From the NCBI GenBank assembly GCA_038496445.1, contig JALMLS010000406.1:1-43357 (forward strand): 43,357 nucleotides of DNA, in the 5' to 3' direction. Shown piece by piece: positions 1-10,169 of the stretch. The notes below the pieces were generated by a model that was not told where the DNA came from, searched no databases, and was given only the letters and a program-made list of their open reading frames with translations. Source of the stretch: Trichosphaerium sp. ATCC 40318 (Eukaryota > Protista > Tubulinea). Within the stretch, counting starts at the first letter, position 1. Each line of letters begins with the position of its first letter. The position numbers and the translations under genes are program-made.

Positions 1-29
1 GAATGAATACGATTTTCTGAATACAATTT

Positions 30-427
30 AGTCGGGCCTCTGCCTCAGCAGGTCGTCGCACCCGAAGGCTTGAGCGACTCCCTAGCTTACAACAGTAAAT
101 GCCCTAAGACCCTGTTCGAGTTCCCGTGGTTTACGGGGCCCCTGCGGGCGTTTGCTAAGACGTGCTACTTGTGCCATAGTGTAGAACCTTTGCGGGCCGA
201 AGCCTTTCGTTCGAGGAGGCGCAGCAACGACAATGTCGCCGCGCGGCTCTTGGCGGCTGGGTTTCCGACTTTAGAGGCCTTCAGCCGTACTCCCAATGGC
301 GTGGCTTCGCGAACCGCCCTCTCGGACGTCCGCGGACACTAGAGGCCACCGATGCCCGTTCCTCTCGTACTGAGGCATCGCTACCGACGACGCGCATGTT
401 AATAAAATAGGCCCACCAGTAGGGTAA

Positions 428-471
<44 letters not shown>

Positions 472-1188
472 GTAAGTGGGTGAACAATCCAACCCTTGGA
501 GCATTCTGCTACACCTGGATAGGAAGAGCCGACATCGAAGAATCAAAAAGTCGCGTCGCTCTGAGCGCTTGGCGACCACAAGCCAGTTATCCCTATGGTA
601 ATTTTTCTGTCACCCCAGTGTCAGGTTACATGACTAGTCACGAGGGATCTCTAGGCCTCCCGTTAGGGTGCAAGAGCGATGGCTCCACTCTTGCTCAAGG
701 GGGCTTTTAGCCTTGGCCTCTACGTGGGGTTTCTGTCCCCACTGAGCTCCCCTTAGGTCATCCGTGTTACCCTATAGCGGATGTGCCGCCCCAGCCAAAC
801 TCCCGGCCACGCGCTGTCCGCCTTAATGCTTGTCAAAGTCCCGGAATCGGAAGGTAATCCGCACTTTCGATTGGGCCCGCCTCAACCTAAGGACCGACTT
901 GTATGGTTCGAGCAGCGCCACGTCCTCCGAAGAGGCAGGCGCTTTCGCCCGTTTTGAATGCGTCTGGGGCCCGACCTCCGGAGTAGAAGTGTTACACCTT
1001 TCGTAAAAAACTACTTCCTACCCTATACCTCCAGTGCCAAGCCCCTAAGCGTGGTGAGAGTCAAACTCAACAGGGTCTTCTTTCCCCGCTGGTAGAAAAG
1101 TCGCCCGTTCGCGACTCTGTGGTTTCGCCACGGTCGGCGTAGGGACAGCGAGAACCTCATTCATCCATTCATGCGCGTCATTAGTTAC

Positions 1189-1238
<50 letters not shown>

Positions 1239-3848
1239 AACCCGTGCTTGGGTGAAATTAAGCACCGCAACTTTCAAAGCACTGGGCAGGAGTCACCCTT
1301 TGTCAGACCTCAGAGGAGGTATCAAAGGGCTAAGTTTTAAGTAAACAGTTGGGTTCTCTAAGCTTCTGAGAGTTCCGCCATGATCCGCTTGTGGACCTCT
1401 TTGCAGGGACTGTGCGCCGTTCCCGAAGGGGCTACACTAAAGTAGCGCAGACGCACGTCGTCCCGGGTCCCGGTCAGCAGAGCCAGCCCTTTTCCCGAAG
1501 TTACGGGCCGCGTATGCCGACTTCCCTTACGCCGTTTACACCGTGCAGCGCCAGAGGTGACTAACCTAGGGGACCTGATGCGGTTTTCGGTACGGTATGA
1601 GCCTGGAGGACACTGAACACCCGAAAGTGTCGGCTTCGGAGAGGAGCAGCCTCGTGAGAACGAGCTCACCAACACCCCTAGAAAGCAAAAGTGCTTTCCC
1701 ATTAGCTACCCTCGACTCTTTCCCTTCGCCGCTTTACGTGGCTCCGGGGAGTTTCCCTCGAATAGCTTAGGCGCGGGAGAAGGCCCCGCAGAAGTGTGGT
1801 TGCTCGCGTGCGCTCTCTCTCTCAGTGTTGCCACTTCTAAAGCAAATGCATCCTCCTTACCCATGCCCTGGATTACTCACCAGGTTGCCTTTCGCCGAGT
1901 TGAAAGCATCGCAGACTTCCACTATTTCAATACTTGTAAAAGTATATCTAACTAGTGTCGTCTGCCAGCATCAAACAGTATACTCTATTAGGAGCTGGCT
2001 TAGGACCGGCTAACTCGCAGCTGAATGCCATCACCGCGAAACCCTTCCCCACTTGGGCGACCTGGCTGTGATAAACACTGTTTCACCAGGCTCCAATTGC
2101 TACTACCACCAAGATCATCACTGCTGGTGGCTCCGGGTGGACGCCACCGCCCCCCTTCTACGCCACCAGCACGCCGTCCTACCGCACCCTGGGCCGAGCC
2201 GGGGCGATCGCGCAGCGGCGGCTAAGGCAGTTTAGCGCCATCCATTTTCGGCGCGTCCCAATTCGGCTGGTGAGAAGTTACTCACTCCTTAGAGGATGAC
2301 GACTTCCATGTCCACCTTCCAGCTGTCTAAACTGGAACACCGCCTTCGTTGTCTTGGTTACTGCCTATTCGGGCGCCTTTGCTGCTGCTCGCGTTTAAAA
2401 CCGTCTCGTCAGTCCTGCTTATCAAGACCGGCCCAATAGGGGTCCACCGTCTCGGTGACCACAGCCATTCGGCCTGTGGTCGGTCGCCTCTTATGTGTTT
2501 GATAATAGGTCGATGGCAACTTTGGCCTCCGATACCTCTTTCCAGTGGCTCTACGAGACGAGACCGGCGTCACGGACCCCCTCTATCCTTAGGGATACTT
2601 CGAACGGTACCAGCTACGTTGGCAGCTCGTTTGGTCTCTCGCCCCTATACCCAATGTCCGGCGAGCGATTTGCACGTCAGCAACGCTACGGGCGTCCAGC
2701 GGGATTTCTCCCGCCTTCCCCCTTTTCGGGTATAGATCGCTACCTTTCGGGTATCGCCCAACGTACTATCGCCTGCCAAGAGAACAACGCCGGAGATGGC
2801 AAAGTGTATCTACTTTGGTGTGACGTGTTTTTAATTACTTGCGTAACAAAAACATGATAATAGCATAGTCGGTTTTTTATGTCGATCTTTGCAAACTTAT
2901 ACATGTGACTGTAATACGTTTGTTTTTATATAAAGAACTTGACGGCCTAGGAGCTTATCCTTGGCTTCATTTCTGTGCGGGTTGGAGGTTTGATCTCTCA
3001 CCCTCGCACGCTCGGCGAACTCCTTGATCCGTGTTTCAAGACGGGATACACGGAGGCCATGGCCCAATAAGGGCATAGAGCCTCATTGAGGTTGTGGACG
3101 ATGAATGACGAGCTTCGTTCCTTTCGGAAGAAGACGTACATTCGGAGGTTTCAGTAATTTCAGTGAACCAACATCATTTAAAGGTTTAAAAGTGCTTTTT
3201 GATGTCCTTTCAACCAAACCCACGTTTTTATGCTTTTCAGCTTGTAGGATGGTGTGGACAGCACGATTAGCCAGTATGACTTTTTTGTGTTGGTCACCTC
3301 TATTACCTTCCCCTCGACGTTTTGTTTCATTATAATCTTCCAGGGCACAAGGCCCCGGTCGCTTTTCCCTCGCTACAAGAGCGTCTGCCATGTGCAGATT
3401 AGGTGCAGGGCACCTACGTACTCCGTGCCATTTGTACCCTTGCCGGCTTCGGGTCTTTTAACCCTCTATCGAGGAGTGCTGTTTCAGTCTTCCCTCACGG
3501 TACTGGTGCGCTATCGGCCACCTCCCGATACTTAGCCTTGCCGGGTAACCTCCCGGTAACTTCGTATGGCACGGCCAAACCATACTACTCCTGGACGATG
3601 GGACTCTATTTCCTCGGTTGACAGCGTACGGGGCTCGCACCCTCTACGGCTACGACTCGTGCGTAATTCCCGTCAACGTCTGGAAGAGCCACCACGCCTT
3701 AGCCCACAACTCCGATGCTAGGCTCGGATTCAGGCTTGAGCTTGTCCCCTTTCGCTCGCCGCTACTCAGGGAGTCCCTTTTGGTTTCCTTTCCTCTGCCC
3801 CAATGATATGCTTAACTTAGGCAGGTCGCCAAGTGTAACTCAGGACGC
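30..3848 (-). rRNA. LSU (28S-like) rRNA, ~3.8 kb, divergent, with AT-rich expansion segments
   Basis: Reverse complements of universal LSU motifs are present: sarcin-ricin loop (cgttcctctcgtact ~357), peptidyl-transferase region (gccagttatccct, gccgacatcgaag ~530-595), taagagagtcatagttactcccgccg (~1211), tccgtgtttcaagacggg (~3028) and the 5' GCATATCA motif (~3805). The 5' end GCGTCCTGAGTTAC pairs with the 5.8S 3' end. The 3' end is approximate. Confidence 0.97.
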
Positions 3849-4052
3849 AAGTTGTGTTTTTTTAATGCTTTCAGTTCAGTATGTAAACCAACCTTCCCTC
3901 TAAAGCTTCGCTTAAGTAAGCTAGGCATGAGTTCTGGAGGAACGTCACTTCCGGCAATTTATTTAATTAGTTGTGGCAACCACTTTCTTTTTTTAGAAGA
4001 TTAAGTGTGTACACCATACGCAGCACCAAATAAATTTAGTGTTTGTTTTGCT
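3849..4052 (-). other. ITS2
   Basis: AT-rich spacer between the 5.8S 3' end and the LSU 5' end. Confidence 0.8.
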
Positions 4053-4220
4053 GGCGTCGCTGAGTCACGCTCCTTTGCCTGTGATTCGTGAGAATACAGA
4101 ACGCGGCCTGAGGCATTCGGCAATGCCACCTTCAGATGAGAGCGATTCCGGTGGCTGGTTTCATAGTGATCCATGGCCTTCTTCGGGGGAGGTGCCTAAC
4201 CGTTCACCGACAAGGTTTGG
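4053..4220 (-). rRNA. 5.8S rRNA (very divergent)
   Basis: GC-richer ~165-nt island between SSU and LSU. Minus-strand GTCGGTGAACGG...CCGAAGAAGGCCATGG corresponds to the 5.8S CGGTGxA...GATGAAGAACGCAG region. Its 3' GTGACTCAGCGACGC pairs with the LSU 5' GCGTCCTGAGTTAC. Confidence 0.85.
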
Positions 4221-4456
4221 TTTCTTTCGAAAATCTTGACGTTCTTTATAGTCGTGCCACGACTGTGTTTTGGTTTGCCAAAATGGCGGTTGTGGAGCTG
4301 GCAGATATACAAGATATCACCACAGCAGAGGATGATTGCATCTTCACTTACCGAAGTAAGATTAGATTTACCAAACCAGAGCTGATACTCCAATTTTTTT
4401 CTTTTAAACTTGGTTAAAAGTTGGTTTAATTGCTTCTAAGGGTTTAATACCAATAG
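4221..4456 (-). other. ITS1
   Basis: Spacer between the SSU 3' end and the 5.8S. Confidence 0.75.
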
Positions 4457-7108
4457 TATTGATCCTTCAGCAGGTTCACCTACTGAAACCTTGTTACGAC
4501 TTCATCATCCTTTATGAGCGCAAGTTCGAGCAGGTTCGATAACCGGCAAGCCGGTCGTCCCCCCTGGTCTCACTCGCACCCACATCGGTCGATGCGACGG
4601 GCGGTGTGTACAAGCAACAGGGACAGATTCCAGGTGCGTTGATGACACACCTGTACGAGGCATTCCGCGTTCGTGGCTACAGTTACAGCAACCAGTCCCT
4701 AAGCACGCATGTGTCTTTTCGGAGAAGCAGCATTGAGCACACTTAACATCCAAATCGACCACACGGTGCGCTTTCATGTATTTTTTTATGAACATTGCAG
4801 AAACTTACTTCATAATAAAGTTTGCCTTGGTAAAGATATAATCTTCCAAGTCAAAGCATTTAAGTGAAGAAGAAACCTTATTTGTTAATTTGAAACGATC
4901 CACAGCTCTTTCAATGTTTACACTAAGGAACAAAGTCCAAAGATGTAAGTTTTCATCTAACAGCGCTTCTCATCTTAACATTAAAGGAATTTAACTTCCT
5001 AAAAAGCCTCGACGAGGGGGTTAACTCTTTATATTAGGTTCAGGACAGACTTTGTTTTTGAAGGTGGTAGTTTCCGAAGGTGCGTTTAAGTGTAGTCGTA
5101 TTTAGATAATTAAATCTGAGGTTTAACTCGCTGTCGTGAAGAAGTGTTCTGGCGGTTTCAGGGCTTGCCCGGATGCCTGTTCGGCCCAGGAACCCGTTGA
5201 ACTAAGCAGTGTAGGCCGCGTGCGGCCCGGAATATCTGGGGGCATCCCGGATCTGTTATAGCCGCCGCTTCTTACGACTTTTCGCCGTCAGTCCTGCACA
5301 GGGGTCCCGCACGAGGCGGGGGAATCAATGTGACAGTAGCGATCTCGCCCGTTATCGGAATAAACCTGACAGATAAGTCCACGAGCCTAAAACGACCATG
5401 CACCACCGTTAGCTAACTCGGAAAAGACCCTTCAGTCTGTTCGTCCCCTTAGAGCGTCCGATCCCGGTAAGTTGTCGCGCGTTGAGTCAAATTGAGCCGC
5501 AGCCTCCAGAGCCTGGTGGTGTTGCTCCGTCAATGCCTTTAAGTTTCAGCCTTGCGACCATACTTCCCCCCTGGGCCCGATTACTTCGGTTTCCCGTGGG
5601 AACGGGCCCCGAGCCTTGGTTTGCCCGGCGCCCATTCAGTCGGCATCGTTTACTGTGGAGACTACACGGGTCTCTAATCCGCTTCGCTCCCTCCACCATC
5701 GTTCTAGATCACCGGCCACGCCCTTGCAGAGCGCCTTCGCTTCGGGTAGTTTGGATCAGGTCAAAAGATTTCACTCCTCGCTGATACCACACTCTCTACC
5801 CCGTACGCACCTAGTAATCGTGTGTTCTTTATTAGTGTGAAGACTAACTCAAGGTTTTTTCTCAAAGTACTTTTGTAATTCACAATGTTTTTATTCCCTT
5901 AATGAAGAACATAAGTTTTCACTCAGACTTGCATTTCAGGATATTGTTCATACTTAGTTAAAATGAGACTTGAGCGTCGCACTTGGTAAAGTGTTGTTTT
6001 TGTTTTTTTAAAGCCCAATTCCAGGATGCTGGTGGGTGGCATAGCGGCCGAAGCCTAAACTGACCTTGCGTTTGAGCGAAGCCATTTATGCCTGGTCGGG
6101 CGATGAAAAAGAGTCGGGGGGTTTTGTCAAGGAGTAAACTCCTATCCAAACCTTGTCCCTCTCAGCTGTGTCGTTGTTTGGACTGCGAGCGCTTTAACAG
6201 CAACAGCAAAAGTATAAGCTTTCGGAGTGGGTGTTACCGCGGGTGCTGGCACCCAACTTGTCCTCCAATAGTTTCTCAGGGCGACATTCAGTTGCCCCTC
6301 ATTGCGACGACCGGTTTAAATGCCGGCCTCGTTACACTCAGTCGCTGGCTCGATTTGCAATCAATGGCCAAGTTACGCGCCTGCTGTTACCCGTAAGTAC
6401 AGGGGCCGTATCTAATGCCCCTTCTCCGGGAACCGAACCCTAGTTCCCCGTTACCCGTCACTGCCGCGGTAGGCCGTTACCCTACCGCCTGGCTGATAGG
6501 TCGGCCGCCCTTCCGACTCGTGGAGGGGGAGAACTCTCAACTTTATATCGATATGATCTTTATGAAGAAGCACATTTCAGCGAAGGATCGAGATTTGAAC
6601 AATGTTCATTTTTCTTTCACCTAGTTTCACTTATGTAAACTTTAACATTTTTTTTTAGAAACATGTCTAGTCAGAGAGAACTCCTCATAACTCCATCGCA
6701 TGCCCCAACGCCGCTCTTCCCGACGGAGTACGGACGCCGCTTCCTAAGGGGAGGCTGCTTCCCTTGGCGAACCAAGATGGGATCGGGTGATCGTCCGCTC
6801 CTGAGCGTTGGATGCGACCGATGGGTCCTTGCAGCAGAGGGGCCCATCGGCAGCGCTAGGCGCATTACGTATTAGCCGCAGGTTTCCTTTAATCCCGGTT
6901 ATCCGCGGGGGAGGCCACGAGTTTTGGTTATAGTGCGTTTAGGAAAACAAGTTCCTGTGTGCAAAATGACGTGACCATTATTAGTCTTGTCGGGTGGGTT
7001 ACGACCGTTTTAAGGAGCCGTTTGCGGCTCCGAGGATACCTCTTTGCTGAGCTTGCATGGCTTAATCCTTCGAGAAAGCTTATCACTCCTGGCAGGCTCA
7101 ACCAGGTA
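4457..7108 (-). rRNA. SSU (18S-like) rRNA, ~2650 nt, with large AT-rich insertions
   Basis: Minus strand begins TACCTGGTTGAGCCTGCCAG and contains GTGCCAGCACCCGCGGTAA, AAACTTAAAGGCATTGACGG and GTACACACCGCCCGTC. It ends GTAACAAGGTTTCAGTAGGTGAACCTGCTGAAGGATCAATA. Confidence 0.97.
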
Positions 7109-7548
7109 CCTTTTGCATCAGAGTTTTAAAGCAGATAGCTGCATTTAAAATAATTTCTCATCAGACCAAAGGTGGTTGAGGTTTTTAGGTGGTTTTTTGA
7201 AGAATGAACTTCATAAGAAACCATTCAATCTTTATTCCTATTCTCTTTCAAGGAGGATGTAAGATGAAGGTCTTTTTGATGAACATCACAAATACCTGGT
7301 GCCGGACAACATCAGCCTTTCTTGTTGGAGAAGAAGCTGATGTGTCTTGGTTATGGTTTTTATGGCAAGAGATGCTCATAGAGCACATTGCCACAACAGC
7401 ATAGGGTTGTGTCTTTTTAAAGGACTACTTTTCTTGATGAGTCATGCCTATTTTTACTGAGTAGCCCTTGAGGCATCGTCGGTAATAGCTTGCAACTGCA
7501 TCATTTTTTATACACTCTTTTTATTTTTTTTATTTTTCTTTACTATTC

Positions 7549-7720
7549 AAGTACTTGGACTGTGCCTTTCCTTGTCAACTCTTCAAGTTGTAGCTATTAG
7601 CTACACTTTGCTTTCATTGATGTACTTGGCTTGTGTGCCTTTCCATCAATTTGCCTTTCACATTTCTGCTTCAGGCTCACATCTATTATTTACCCAAGTA
7701 CTTGATACTTGTCTTTCCAT
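7549..7720. repeat. Three short degenerate spacer repeats (GTACTTG-N-TGTGCCTTTCC-like)
   Basis: caagtacttggactgtgcctttcc (~7549), tgtacttggcttgtgtgcctttcc (~7621), caagtacttgatacttgtctttcc (~7696). Confidence 0.6.
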
Positions 7721-7835
7721 TGGGTCTTTTGGATGTGGTTATACAACTTCTATGGATTAATTGGAATACTTTCGATTCCTTTCATCCGCCCAAGCATGTG
7801 ACTTTGCACATACTTAGAGCTGTAGTATTGTTATG

Positions 7836-8870
7836 ACTCGATTAACATTTCTACACCTTCTTGAGAGAGTGTTATAATGTTAGAAGAGAACATGTGTTCA
7901 TACATAGGCAGTTGTTGCCCACTAAGGGCTCCAGCTTGCTTTTTGTACCATCCAAGTCAATGTGACTTTGCACATCTTTGGATGCTCATGACTTTACAAC
8001 TCGATTAGCATTTCTACACTTCAGATGAGTGTTCTAATGCTAGAAGAGAAGTACATTTGTTGTCATCATCATAGAGTACTCGATTAGCATTTCTACACTT
8101 CAAAATGAGTGTTCTAATGCTAGAAGAGAATCTGTATGTTTTCTTACATAGGCAGGTTTTTTGCCCACTAAGGGCTTCCACTTGCTTTTGTAACTCCTGG
8201 TACTGTGACTTGCACACACACTCTAGGAACTATGTATTTGTAAACCTTTGAAACTCGATTAGCATTTCTACACCTCTGAATGAGTGTTCTAATGCTAGAA
8301 GAGAAACATGGTTTTTACATATATGGGTTAGTTGATGCCCACTAAGGACCTCAACTGGACAACTACTAGAGTTGTAACTCTCAAACCCTTTTTGAGTTTT
8401 AGTCAATACCTCGATTAACACCTTTCTCAATCTGCTACTATTACAAGTAACAGAGATAAGGTGAAAGAAGAGGGGATGACTCGTCTCCATTTTGTATTTG
8501 CACAATCGTCATCATTGTAGATGTCGTATTGCATTTACAAACATAGGGTGGTACAAAGACTCGATTAACATTTCTACGCTCGTTGTGTTTGGCGTTATAA
8601 TGTTAGAAGAGAGAAGAGCTTCATCAGTTGTGAGTAACTCGATTAACATTTCTACGCTCCATTATTACATTGGGCGTTATAATGTTAGAAGATATATAAC
8701 TTCACATAATGTGACTGATATGAACGAACTCGATTAACATTTCTACGCTCATGTGTGTTCAAGGCGTTATAATGTTAGAAGAGAAGAGCTTCTATCAGGT
8801 TGGGTTTGATGATGGCAACTCGATTAACATTTCTACGCTCGTTGTGTTCGGCGTTATAATGTTAGAAGAG
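7836..8870. repeat. Array of nine hairpin-forming repeats in the rDNA 5'ETS/IGS
   Basis: Consensus ACTCGAT-TARCATT-TCT-ACRC-loop-GYGT-TMT-AATGYTA-GAAGAG. Copies at 7836, 7999, 8078, 8253, 8410 (variant stem), 8559, 8637, 8728 and 8818. Confidence 0.95.
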
Positions 8871-10169
8871 AAGCACATGGTACCGTTTTGATTAAGGACA
8901 CACAGCTCTATATTACACGCACACACAATCACGCCCTACTACTCCACTTTGGCATCGTCATCGATGGATATACTAGGAAGGCAAAGCTCAAACAGCAAAG
9001 CCCCTTTCTATCTCATAAAAAGCTAGAGTAGCCGTAAACAAGTGGGTAGGTTGGGTTGGTTTTTCATGTGCGCCTACAGATTAATATCGGCTGTGCACCT
9101 TGCACTTAGGGCTCATCTCCTAGGTTAAAGAAGACAGCGACCTCTCAGGTTCTTGCGCTGTTTTTTTTTCGCATCTTTGTTGCGATTAACTGGCGCCGCA
9201 AATGTGCTGCACGGTGGGCGAACCCATGCCACCGTGCACTCCCTGTGGGCTTGTGTTTTGGGGGAAGAGGGGAAGGCAATTTCTGGAAAACGAAAAAAAA
9301 GAAGGGCTTGTTTTAACCCTTTTTTTTTTTTTTTTTTGTTTTCTTTCATAATTTGCCTTCAAACCACACCTCCTTTTGCCAAGGGAAGAGAAGCGACTTT
9401 CTAGAGGCGCGCACTACACTTTTTTTTTTGTTGCTCCTTCCGCGCGGTGCGTTCGCCTCGCGTTTTGCAGTAACTTGCTTTGTGTTGGTGCCCCTGTGTC
9501 GTCTTCTCCATTTGCGCCGCTTTAGGCTACACGGTTGTGAGACTCAGCCCCTTTCCCGAAAATATCGAGTTTTCGCCCAGCATTCGCACGAACGCGTTGT
9601 GTAAGAGCTGTACAGGACTAGTTTATTGTTTGGAGTGAAAAAGTTTTGAAAAAAGCGACTATTTGCGTATCCACAGGAGTTTTAACAACAAACTAAACCG
9701 TGCTACAAATGCTACGAATACCTCGTTTACGTTTAGGGACATGGTGGTACGCTGTAGCAATTGTGTGGATAAATTCAGTACGTTTTTTTTTGTTTTTGTA
9801 CGAAAAGTATCCACAACGGTATAAGATGCGACAAAACAGCGTAAAAAAGCACTTTTAGGCAAGTACGGGCTACAGACGGCTAGTACAGGCTGTTCATGTA
9901 CGTAGCGACTTCGCTTGAATTTTTTCTCTAGACAAAAAAAGTTGTGACCAGTACGATAAGACACAACCCTATATTAACACCAAGTTCTGTTAGTCGTCAG
10001 AAAAAGGAAATTGAGACAATAATATTAGCTTAATACGTTGTTTACTGTACATGTTTGCAAGAAAAAACTCCAATTACTATTTTACAAGGCCAATTAAAGC
10101 CACATTTCTTCCTTTGTTTGAAACTAAACCCGTCGGCAAAAAACAAGAAGAACTTTGTCTGAGGTGGGA

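Noticed and set aside
4725-5150. Group I intron in the SSU
   Set aside because: It lies in a variable region rather than a conserved insertion site, and I could not find P/Q/R/S core elements.
70-7100. ORFs listed within the rDNA
   Set aside because: Chance ORFs in GC-rich rRNA sequence. None resembles a homing endonuclease or R2 protein.
7836-8870. CRISPR array (ATTTCTAC resembles Cas12a repeats)
   Set aside because: Eukaryotic rDNA spacer with no cas genes. Spacing is irregular (~80-175 nt) and linkers are related to each other.
7836-8870. H/ACA snoRNA cluster or hairpin/hammerhead ribozymes
   Set aside because: AGAGAA follows the hairpins, but the pockets are only 3x3 nt and there is no consistent ACA box. 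No CUGAUGA/GAAA or complete hairpin-ribozyme loops were found.
9125-9964. Protein-coding ORFs in the spacer
   Set aside because: Low-complexity homopolymer-driven translations with no family motifs or coherent exon structure.
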